Assembly: GCA_902805775.1 (NCBI GenBank)
Contig: CADCUB010000052.1
Coordinates: 2,666 to 66,665, forward strand
Reading direction: 5' to 3'
DNA: 64,000 nt
Origin: an uncultured Frankineae bacterium
GTDB taxonomy: Bacteria; Actinomycetota; Actinomycetes; Mycobacteriales; SCTD01
Shown here: piece after piece, positions 38,650-47,666 of the stretch
How positions within the stretch are numbered: position 1 is the stretch's first letter
Layout of the letters: every line of letters starts with the position of its first letter
The notes under the pieces: generated by a model
What the model saw: the letters and a program-made list of their open reading frames with translations, nothing else
What the model was told of the DNA's origin: nothing
Databases searched by the model: none
Translations under genes and position numbers: made by a program

Positions 38650-39913
38650 GCCGCCCGGCCCGTACGACGCCGTCGACAGCCTGGTCGGCCTCGCGGCCAC
38701 CCTGCGCAGCACCGGCGTGCAGGTGTCCACCGACCGGGTGCACGCCGCCGTGGCGGCGCTGGCCCAGCTCGACCCGCTGCGCCGCGCCGACGTCTACTGG
38801 GCCGGACGGCTGACGCTGTGCGGCACCCCGGACGACCTGGCGCGCTACGACACCGCGTTCGCCGCCTACTTCGGCGACCGCCCCGGCGCGGTCGTGCGGC
38901 GCCAGCGCCTGACGACCCGGCAGCTGCAGCTGGTCGCCGAGCCGGGCGATCCCGGCAGCGGGAGCGACGGCGAGGGGGAGGCCGCGCCGATGGTCGCGGC
39001 CGCCAGCACCGTCGAGCAGCTGCGCCACCGTGACGTCACCACGATGGACGCGGCCGAGAAGGAGCACCTGCGCAGGCTGCTGGCCGCGCTGCGGCTGCCC
39101 GGCGAGCGCCGCGCGACCCGCCGGCTGCGGCCGTCGCTGCGGGGGCAGGTCGACGGCGGGCGCACCCTGCGGGCCTGGCTGGCCGCCGGAGGGGAGCCCG
39201 CGCAGCTGCGCCACCGGGCGCCCTCGACCCGACCTCGCCGGGTGGTGCTGCTGGTCGACGTGAGCGGCTCCATGGAGGGCTACGCCGAGGCGCTGCTGCG
39301 CTTCGCCCATGCCGCCTCCCGGCGGGGCGGGGCCCATGCCGCCCCTTCCCGGGGCGCCGCTGACCCGACCGAGGTCTTCGCGCTGGGCACCCGGCTCACC
39401 CGGATCACCCGCGAGATGGCGCTGCGCGACCCGGACGCCGCCATGGCCGCCGTGGCCACGGCCCTGGTCGACGCCGGAGGCGGCACCCGGCTCGGCGAGC
39501 TGCTCAAGCAGTTCCTCGACGCCTGGGGCCAGCGCGGGACCGCCCGTGGAGCGGTGGTCGTCCTGCTGTCCGACGGCTGGGAGCGCGGCGACGCCACGCT
39601 GCTCGGCGAGCAGGTGGCGCGGCTGCACCGCCTGGCGCACCGGGTGGTCTGGTCCAACCCGCGCAAGGCCGCACCGGGCTACGCACCGCTGGCGGCCGGG
39701 ATGGCCGCCGCGCTGCCCCACGTCGACGACTTCGTCGAGGGCCACAGCCTGGCCGCGCTCGAGCACCTCGCCGCCGTCGTCCGGGGCGCCGCCGCCGGCG
39801 AGGGCGGCGCTACCAGCCGGAGCACTGCCGGCCGGAGCCCGGCCGGCCGACGCGGCGCACCGGGCGTCCGGGGCCCCGCCGGCCCTTCCGGGAAGGAGCC
39901 GGCCCGTGCGTGA
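38642..39913 (+). CDS. coxE: VWA-domain protein (CoxE-like)
   Basis: 423 aa, GTG start with an 8-nt overlap with coxD. MIDAS motif VLLVDVSGSM. Confidence 0.8.
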   Translation: MVEPPGPYDAVDSLVGLAATLRSTGVQVSTDRVHAAVAALAQLDPLRRADVYWAGRLTLCGTPDDLARYDTAFAAYFGDRPGAVVRRQRLTTRQLQLVAEPGDPGSGSDGEGEAAPMVAAASTVEQLRHRDVTTMDAAEKEHLRRLLAALRLPGERRATRRLRPSLRGQVDGGRTLRAWLAAGGEPAQLRHRAPSTRPRRVVLLVDVSGSMEGYAEALLRFAHAASRRGGAHAAPSRGAADPTEVFALGTRLTRITREMALRDPDAAMAAVATALVDAGGGTRLGELLKQFLDAWGQRGTARGAVVVLLSDGWERGDATLLGEQVARLHRLAHRVVWSNPRKAAPGYAPLAAGMAAALPHVDDFVEGHSLAALEHLAAVVRGAAAGEGGATSRSTAGRSPAGRRGAPGVRGPAGPSGKEPARA

Positions 39914-41036
39914 CATCGCCGACGACCTGAGGGGACTGCTCGACCGCGGCACCCCCTTCGCCCTCGCGACCGTGATCGGCGCGCGCGGCAGCTCGCCGCG
40001 GCCGCCGGGAGCGGCGATGGCCGTCGCCGCCGACGGCGAGGCGATCGGCAGCATCTCCGGCGGCTGCGTGGAAGGCGCCGTCTACGGCACCGCGGAGCAG
40101 GTCCTGGGCGGCGCGGGAGCCGTCGTGGAGACCTACGGCTACAGCGACGACGAGGCCTTCGCCGTCGGGCTGACCTGCGGCGGCACGCTGGAGGTGCTGG
40201 TCGCACCGGCAGACCGGGAGCTGCTGGGGGCCTGGCGGAGCAAGGTGGCCGCCGACGCCCCCGTCGCCCTCGCCACCGTCGTCGGTGGCCCAGCCCCGCT
40301 GGGCGCCTCGCTGCTCGTCGACGCCGCCGGCGTCACCGGCTCGCTGGGCGCCGAGGGGCTCGAGGTGGCCGTGGTCGACGACGCGCGCGGCATGCTGGCG
40401 GCCGGGCAGACCGGCAGCCGGCACTACGGCCCGCAGGGGCAGCGGCGCATCGACGACGTCACGGTCTTCGTCCAGTCCTTCACCCCGCCCCCGCGGATGC
40501 TGGTGTTCGGGGCCACCGACTTCGCCGCCGCGGTGAGCCGGATCGGGGTGTTCCTCGGCTACCGCGTCACCGTCTGCGACGCGCGGCCGGTGTTCGCCAC
40601 GGCCCGGCGCTTCCCCGAGGCGCACGAGGTGGTCTGCGACTGGCCGCACCGCTACCTCGAGGGGACGGAGGTCGACGAGCGGACGGTGATGTGCGTGCTG
40701 ACGCACGACCCGAAGTTCGACGTGCCGCTGCTCGAGGTCGCGCTGCGCCGGCCGGCGGCCTACATCGGCGCCATGGGCAGCCGGCGCACGCACGAGGACC
40801 GGCTGCGGCGGCTGCGCGAGGTCGGGCTGAGCGAGCAGGAGATCGCCCGCCTGCACTCGCCGATCGGGCTCGACCTCGGTGCCCGCACCGCCGAGGAGAC
40901 GGCGGTGTCGATCGCGGCCGAGATCGTCCAGAACCGGTGGGGCGGCTCGGGCCGGCCGCTGGCCGAGACCTCCGGGACGATCCACACCGGCACCGGCCAC
41001 GAGGACGCCCGCGTCGCCGACCCGGTCATCGCATGA
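39906..41036 (+). CDS. XdhC/CoxI-family molybdenum-cofactor insertion chaperone
   Basis: GTG 39906 lies inside ORF 39309..41036. Motifs ..FALATVIGARGSSPRPPGAAMAV..GSISGGCVEGAV.. plus a C-terminal Rossmann-like half. Confidence 0.8.
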   Translation: MRDIADDLRGLLDRGTPFALATVIGARGSSPRPPGAAMAVAADGEAIGSISGGCVEGAVYGTAEQVLGGAGAVVETYGYSDDEAFAVGLTCGGTLEVLVAPADRELLGAWRSKVAADAPVALATVVGGPAPLGASLLVDAAGVTGSLGAEGLEVAVVDDARGMLAAGQTGSRHYGPQGQRRIDDVTVFVQSFTPPPRMLVFGATDFAAAVSRIGVFLGYRVTVCDARPVFATARRFPEAHEVVCDWPHRYLEGTEVDERTVMCVLTHDPKFDVPLLEVALRRPAAYIGAMGSRRTHEDRLRRLREVGLSEQEIARLHSPIGLDLGARTAEETAVSIAAEIVQNRWGGSGRPLAETSGTIHTGTGHEDARVADPVIA

Positions 41037-41662
41037 GCCCGACCGGCGCTGCGCGTCCGGACGTCGCCGGACTGCTGCTCGCGGCCGGTGCGGGGCGCCG
41101 CATGGGGCGGCCCAAGGCGCTGGTCGAGCTCCACGGCGAGCCGCTCGTGCGGCGGGGAGTGGCCCTGCTCGCCTCGGGCGGGTGCGACCCGGTCGTGGTG
41201 GTGGTCGGCGCGGCCGCCGAGCAGGTGCGGCCGCTGTGCGCGGGCGCGCAGGTCGTCGAGGCGCCTGGCTGGCGGAGCGGCATGGCCGCCTCGCTGCGGG
41301 CCGGTCTGGCGGCGGTGCAGGGCGACGGCTGCGTCGTGGCGCTGGTGGACCAGCCGGGCGTGACGCCCGCTGCCGTCGAGCGGCTGCGCGCCGCCCACGC
41401 CGACGGAGCCGCCGCGGCGGTCGCGACGTACGACGGCCGGCCGCGCAACCCGGTGCTGCTCGACCGCTCGGTCTGGGCGGGGGTCGCCGAAGCCGCCGTC
41501 GGCGACGAGGGCGCCCGCCCGTGGCTGCGCGCCCACCCCGAGCTCGTCGTGCACGTCGACTGCAGCGACACGGGCAGCCCCGACGACCTCGACACCCCGC
41601 AGGACCTGGCCGCCCTGGCTGCAGCACCCCCCACGTCCGCACGACGAGAGGCAGCGCCATGA
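41033..41662 (+). CDS. mocA: MobA-like NTP transferase, probable molybdenum cofactor cytidylyltransferase
   Basis: ATG 41033 overlaps the upstream stop (ATGA). Motif LLLAAGAGRRMGRPKAL. Confidence 0.75.
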   Translation: MSPTGAARPDVAGLLLAAGAGRRMGRPKALVELHGEPLVRRGVALLASGGCDPVVVVVGAAAEQVRPLCAGAQVVEAPGWRSGMAASLRAGLAAVQGDGCVVALVDQPGVTPAAVERLRAAHADGAAAAVATYDGRPRNPVLLDRSVWAGVAEAAVGDEGARPWLRAHPELVVHVDCSDTGSPDDLDTPQDLAALAAAPPTSARREAAP

Positions 41663-42564
41663 AGCTCGAGAACCGTTTCACCGTCCCCGTCCCGGTCGAC
41701 GAGGCGTGGCGCGTCCTGCTCGACGTCGAGCGCATCGCCCCCTGCATGCCGGGCGCCACGCTCACCTCCGTCGCAGGGGACGAGTTCGAGGGCAAGGTGA
41801 AGGTCAAGGTCGGGCCGATCAACCTCACCTACGGCGGCAAGGCCCGCTTCGTGTCCAAGGACGACGCGGCGCACGTCGCCGTCATCGACGGCAGCGGCAA
41901 GGAGACGCGCGGCACCGGCACCGCCAAGGCGCTGATCACCTGCCGGCTCGTCGACAAGGGGGCGACCACCGACGTGGAGGTCGACACCGACCTCAACGTC
42001 ACGGGCAAGCCGGCGCAGTTCGGCCGGGGCGTGCTGGCCGACGTGAGCGGCAAGCTCGTCGACCAGTTCGCCGCCTGCCTCAGCGAGGAGATCCGGTCCG
42101 GCACCCCCACCGCGGGGGCGGCGGCTCCCGACGACGGCGCCGGCGCTGCGGACGCGGTGGGCGCAGGGGCCGGTGCAGGGGTGGGTGCAGGGGCCGGTGC
42201 AGGGACCGGCGGGGCAGCGGACGCCGGTCCGGACGGCCCGTCGGGCAGCGCGGACGGAGCCTCCACTGCGGCGGCCGCGCCTGCGGCAGAGATCCAGGCG
42301 GCAGGGGCTCCCGCGGCGGGGACAGGGGCGCCCGGGTCTCCGGTGGGATCCTCGACCGCCGCCGCCCCGGCCGCCGCCCCGGCCGCCGCCTCGACCGCCG
42401 CCTCGACCGCCGCCTCCACCGCACCGCGCAGCGTCGCCCCGCGGCAGTCCGCGGAGGCGATCGACCTGCTGGGCACGGCCGGAGCGCCCGTCCTCAAGCG
42501 CCTGGCGCCGGTCCTGGGAGCCCTGTTCGTGGTGGTCCTGCTGGTCCGCAGGCTCCTGCGCTAG
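41659..42564 (+). CDS. coxG: CoxG-like SRPBCC protein with an Ala/Gly/Pro-rich linker and a C-terminal TM anchor
   Basis: ATG 41659 overlaps the upstream stop. N-terminal roughly 150 aa: MKLENRFTVPVPVDEAWRVLLDVERIAPCMPGA... A low-complexity segment follows, then the C-terminal LAPVLGALFVVVLLVRRLL. Confidence 0.8.
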   Translation: MKLENRFTVPVPVDEAWRVLLDVERIAPCMPGATLTSVAGDEFEGKVKVKVGPINLTYGGKARFVSKDDAAHVAVIDGSGKETRGTGTAKALITCRLVDKGATTDVEVDTDLNVTGKPAQFGRGVLADVSGKLVDQFAACLSEEIRSGTPTAGAAAPDDGAGAADAVGAGAGAGVGAGAGAGTGGAADAGPDGPSGSADGASTAAAAPAAEIQAAGAPAAGTGAPGSPVGSSTAAAPAAAPAAASTAASTAASTAPRSVAPRQSAEAIDLLGTAGAPVLKRLAPVLGALFVVVLLVRRLLR

Positions 42565-42567
42565 CTG

Positions 42568-42592
42568 CACGCCCCGGTTGTGCAGGGGCGTG
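42568..42592 (+). terminator. hairpin (8-bp stem CACGCCCC/GGGGCGTG, 9-nt loop) 4 nt after the coxG stop
   Basis: 42568-42575 pairs with 42585-42592. Confidence 0.45.
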
Positions 42593-42748
42593 GTCACCGC
42601 CGCGTCCCCGTCCCGGTGCAACTCGGGAGCAATCCGCCGTTCACGGGCCTTTACAACGTTGAATGCGGCGCGTCATGCTGCACCACTGCCCGGACGAGCC
42701 CCGCCGACGGCGGAACGACCGAGCCGGGCGTCGTGCGGAGGAGAGCCC

Positions 42749-44761
42749 ATGCTCGAAGCAGGTCGACGTCCCGGTGGCGGCGCCGGACGATGGCGCCGCC
42801 TGGCGCTGCTGACCCCCCTGATCGCCGGCCTGGCGCTCCCGGCGACGGCCGGTGCGGCCGCGGCCTACGCCCCGAGCGAGCGGCCGGTGACCACCAGCTA
42901 CGCGAACCCGCTGGAGCCGGTCGTGCCGACCCGGCTCGTCCCGACCGGCGGCACGGTCGACAGCTGCGCCGACCCGACGGTGCTGCGCGGCCAGGACGGT
43001 GAGCAGATCGGCGGCAAGCAGGTCTGGTACATGTACTGCACGACCGACCCGCTGAACGACGCGGACCGCGGTCAGGACGGCGACGACCCGGACGACCTGG
43101 GCGACCTCAACTTCCGTCGCATCCCGCAGATGGTGTCCACCGACCTGGTCAACTGGACCTACGTGGGCGAGGCGCTGCCCCGGGACACGACGACGATCCC
43201 GGCCTGGATCGCTCCCGACGCCGCCTTCTGGGCGCCGGACGTCGTCTACTCCAGCGCCACGGACCGCTACTACCTGTTCGTCACCGTGACCGAGACGTCC
43301 GGCGCGGGCGGCATCGGCTCCGAGTCCTGCCGGGGCGACAGCGCCATCGGCGTGGCGACGAGCGCGAGCGCCACCGGCCCGTGGACCTTCTCCCCGACGC
43401 CGGTCGTCGGCCCGCGTCGCGACCCCTCGCAGCCGGACAACCCGTGCGCCTACTTCTGGACGTACGACCCGGACGTCCTGGGTGACACCGTCGGCGCCAC
43501 GAGCACCTTCTACTACGGCAGCTACTACGGCGGCGTGTTCGGCGCCCCGATCACCTTCACCCCGGCCGGTGCGACCGCCGGCGAGGGGACCCAGGTGGCC
43601 ATCGGCAACCGCTACGAGGGCGCGAACGTCGTCCAGCGCGGTGGCTACTACTACCTGTTCGCCTCGGCGGCCAACTGCTGCAACACCTCGCTGACGGGCT
43701 ACAGCGTCTTCGCCGGGCGCTCGAGGAGCCCGCTCGGCCCGTTCGTGGACCGCGAGGGGAACTCCTTCCTCGCGGGCCGGGTGGGCGGCACTCCGGTGAT
43801 CAGCATGAACGGCAACCGCTGGGTCGGCACGGGTCACAACACCGTGTTCCAGGACGCCGGCGGGCAGTGGTGGACCGTCTACCACGCCGTCGACAAGGAG
43901 GACCCGATCTTCACGGGTGCCTTCACCAAGCGCCCGGCGCTGCTCGACCCGATCGACTGGATCGACGGCTGGCCGACCGTGCGCGGCGGCAAGTGGGCCT
44001 CCGACGGGCGGATGCCCGCCCCGGCGGCCCAGGAGGGCGAGCGCACCCGCTACCGCACGCAAGTGGTCGCACCGCAGCGCCTGGGCGCGCGCATCACCTC
44101 GGCGTCCGACGAGTTCAACGGCTCGGCGCTGGGCCGGGCGTGGACGTGGGTGCGCCCGCCGGCGGCGAGCACCTACCGGGTGTCCGGTGGCCAGCTGCAC
44201 TGGCAGACCCAGGCAGCGGACCTGTTCGAGGACAGCAACAGCGCCTCCGTCCTCACCCGCAGCGCTCCTCGGGGCGACTACGTCGTGGAGACCCGGGTGC
44301 GGCTGAACGTGCCCGCGGAGGGCTGCTGCTTCAACTACGTCCAGGCCGGCATGGTGATCTACGGCGGCGACGACCGCTTCATCAAGCTGAGCCACACCTC
44401 GATCTGGGAGACCCGCCAGACCGAGTTCGCCAAGGAGGTCCCTGCCGGGACGGAGCCCACCCGCTACGGCAACTCCGTGGTCGGTGCTCCGGCCGAGTGG
44501 ACCTACCTGCGCATCGTCGTCGACCGGCTGAACGACCGGGAGCGGCGGGTGGCCGGCGGTGACACGGAGTCCTACACCTCCTACACCAGCCAGGACGGCA
44601 GGACGTGGGTCCGCGGCGGGACCTGGACCCACACCCTGGGTGCGGCGCGCATCGGGCTGACCTCGATGGGTGGCAGCGGCTTCACCGCTGACTTCGACTA
44701 CGTGCGCACCTACGAGCTCAAGAACGGTCCGCACCGCTTCTGGTGGCTGCGCCACCGCTGA
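42749..44761 (+). CDS. secreted glycoside hydrolase family 43 enzyme with a C-terminal concanavalin-like (GH43_C2-type) domain
   Basis: ORF 42173..44761 trimmed to ATG 42749 after GGAGGAGAG. Signal peptide RRLALLTPLIAGLALPATAGAAAA. GH43-like blocks ..FWAPDVVY.., ..YEGANVVQRGGYYYLFAS.., ..GHNTVFQD..WWTVYHA... Confidence 0.8.
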   Translation: MLEAGRRPGGGAGRWRRLALLTPLIAGLALPATAGAAAAYAPSERPVTTSYANPLEPVVPTRLVPTGGTVDSCADPTVLRGQDGEQIGGKQVWYMYCTTDPLNDADRGQDGDDPDDLGDLNFRRIPQMVSTDLVNWTYVGEALPRDTTTIPAWIAPDAAFWAPDVVYSSATDRYYLFVTVTETSGAGGIGSESCRGDSAIGVATSASATGPWTFSPTPVVGPRRDPSQPDNPCAYFWTYDPDVLGDTVGATSTFYYGSYYGGVFGAPITFTPAGATAGEGTQVAIGNRYEGANVVQRGGYYYLFASAANCCNTSLTGYSVFAGRSRSPLGPFVDREGNSFLAGRVGGTPVISMNGNRWVGTGHNTVFQDAGGQWWTVYHAVDKEDPIFTGAFTKRPALLDPIDWIDGWPTVRGGKWASDGRMPAPAAQEGERTRYRTQVVAPQRLGARITSASDEFNGSALGRAWTWVRPPAASTYRVSGGQLHWQTQAADLFEDSNSASVLTRSAPRGDYVVETRVRLNVPAEGCCFNYVQAGMVIYGGDDRFIKLSHTSIWETRQTEFAKEVPAGTEPTRYGNSVVGAPAEWTYLRIVVDRLNDRERRVAGGDTESYTSYTSQDGRTWVRGGTWTHTLGAARIGLTSMGGSGFTADFDYVRTYELKNGPHRFWWLRHR

Positions 44762-44809
44762 TCCCGCGCACTGATCCCGCGCACTGATCTCGCGCACTGA
44801 TCGCACGCA
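44758..44809 (+). repeat. 13-nt tandem repeat CTGATCCCGCGCA x4; the first copy contains the GH43 stop codon
   Basis: Copies at 44758-44770 and 44771-44783 (identical), 44784-44796 (1 mismatch) and 44797-44809 (decayed). TGA at 44759, 44772, 44785 and 44798, which is frames 0, 1, 2, 0. Confidence 0.85.
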
Positions 44810-44840
44810 GGCGGGCTGCCCGGACGGGCAGCCCGCCTGC
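44807..44840. terminator. perfect 15-bp GC-rich hairpin (loop GGAC) between the convergent GH43 and NUDIX genes
   Basis: GCAGGCGGGCTGCCC (44807-44821) pairs with GGGCAGCCCGCCTGC (44826-44840). Confidence 0.6.
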
Positions 44841-44878
44841 GCGCGTCCCCGGCCGGTACGACCGTGCTCGGGCGGGAC

Positions 44879-45364
44879 TCAGGAGGCGACGGCCCGCCGG
44901 GCGGCGTCCCGGGTGCTCTCGAAGGCCAGCTCAGGCAGCTCGTCGAGCCCGAAGAACGCGGCGTCGAGCGCGTCGTCGGCCGCCGCGAGCTCGCCTCCGA
45001 CGACGCGGGCCCGGAAGGCCAGGAAGAACGACGCACCCGACGGCCCCGGCGTCGGGTAGACGTCGACGACGGCCCCGACCTCCACCTGCAGCCCGGTCTC
45101 CTCGCGCGTCTCGCGTGCGGCGGCCAGGCGCGGGTCCTCGTCGGCGTCGACGAAGCCGGCGGGCAGCGCCCACAAGCCCTTGCCGGGACCGACGCCGCGG
45201 CGCACCAGCAGCAGGCGCCCGTGCGCGTCGTGGACGACGACACCGACGCCGACCTTGGGGTCGCGGAAGTGCGTGCGCCCGCAGCCGGTGCACACGGGGT
45301 GCTGCCCCGAGGTGTCCAGCCTGGCGGCGCAGGCGGTGCAGAAGACCAGAGCGCTCGAGGACAT
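44879..45364 (-). CDS. NUDIX hydrolase with an N-terminal zinc ribbon
   Basis: ORF 44879..45421 trimmed to ATG 45364. CTAC..CTGC zinc ribbon. Nudix box GFVDADEDPRLAAARETREETGL. Confidence 0.85.
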   Translation of the reverse strand: MSSSALVFCTACAARLDTSGQHPVCTGCGRTHFRDPKVGVGVVVHDAHGRLLLVRRGVGPGKGLWALPAGFVDADEDPRLAAARETREETGLQVEVGAVVDVYPTPGPSGASFFLAFRARVVGGELAAADDALDAAFFGLDELPELAFESTRDAARRAVAS

Positions 45365-45432
45365 CCGCAGAGCCTGCCAGCAGGCCCGCTGCGCCCGTCC
45401 CGGGAGGTCCGCCCGGAGCACGAGCGGGCAAG

Positions 45433-46368
45433 ATGGTGGGCATGAGCATGCGCCCCACGGACATCAACATCGCCGGCGCCGTCGACCTGTCGGCGCTGCG
45501 CGCGCCCGCCGCCGCACCCGCGGGCGCCACGCCCGCGCCGGCAGCGGCGTCGGCGCCGTCGCCGCACGTCCTCGACGTCACCGAGGCGACCTTCGAGCGC
45601 GAGGTGCTGCAGCGCTCGCTGCAGGTGCCGGTGCTCATCGACTTCTGGGCCGACTGGTGCGGGCCGTGCAAGCAGCTGTCGCCGGTGCTCGAGCGCCTGG
45701 CCGCGGAGGCCGGCGGTGCGTGGGTCCTGGCCAAGATCGACGTCGACCGCAACCAGGCCATCGCCGGTCAGCTGAAGATCCAGAGCATCCCCACGGTGCT
45801 GCTCGCCCTGGGCGGTCGGCTCGTGCAGGGCTTCACCGGTGCACTGCCCGAGCGGGAGCTCCGCTCGTTCCTCGAGCAGGTGCTGGCCGCTGCTGCGCAG
45901 GCCGGGCTGCCCGGTGCCCCCGGCGGCGGTGCGTCGCCCGCGGACGCCGCGCCGGTCGACCCCGAGCTCGTCGCCGCCGAGGACGCGATCGCCGCAGGCG
46001 ACTACGCCGCCGCCGTGGCGGCCTACGACGCCCTGCTCGCACGCCGGCCCGCCGACGCCGACGCCGTCGGGGGACGTGCCTGGGCGCTGCTGCTGCAGCG
46101 CAGCGGCGACGCCGACCCCGACGCGGTGCTCGCGGCGGCGGCGGCCGCCCCTGACGACGCCCGTGCGCAGACCGCCGCGGCCGACGTCGAGGTGCTGTCC
46201 ACGCGCATCGACGAGGCCATCGCCCGCCTGGTCGACTACGTCCGGCGCAGCTCGGGTGACGACCGCGACGCCGCCCGCCGCCACCTGCTCTCGCTGTTCG
46301 ACGCGCTGGACCCCGAGGACCCGCGGATCGTCACCGGCCGGCGCTCGCTGTCGAACGCGCTGTTCTGA
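45433..46368 (+). CDS. thioredoxin-domain/TPR co-chaperone-like protein (YbbN / Rv1324 class)
   Basis: This is the in-frame 3' part of ORF 45115..46368. Start at ATG 45433, or at 45442 or 45448. WADWCGPCK active site followed by a helical TPR-like C-terminal half. Confidence 0.85.
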   Translation: MVGMSMRPTDINIAGAVDLSALRAPAAAPAGATPAPAAASAPSPHVLDVTEATFEREVLQRSLQVPVLIDFWADWCGPCKQLSPVLERLAAEAGGAWVLAKIDVDRNQAIAGQLKIQSIPTVLLALGGRLVQGFTGALPERELRSFLEQVLAAAAQAGLPGAPGGGASPADAAPVDPELVAAEDAIAAGDYAAAVAAYDALLARRPADADAVGGRAWALLLQRSGDADPDAVLAAAAAAPDDARAQTAAADVEVLSTRIDEAIARLVDYVRRSSGDDRDAARRHLLSLFDALDPEDPRIVTGRRSLSNALF

Positions 46369-46435
46369 CCGACCGGGGCACCGGCCGGCCGCCGTCGCTG
46401 CGGGCCGGTCGGCGCCGGCCCGGCGAGCGGGCGGG

Positions 46436-47665
<1,230 letters not shown>

Positions 47666-47666
47666 G

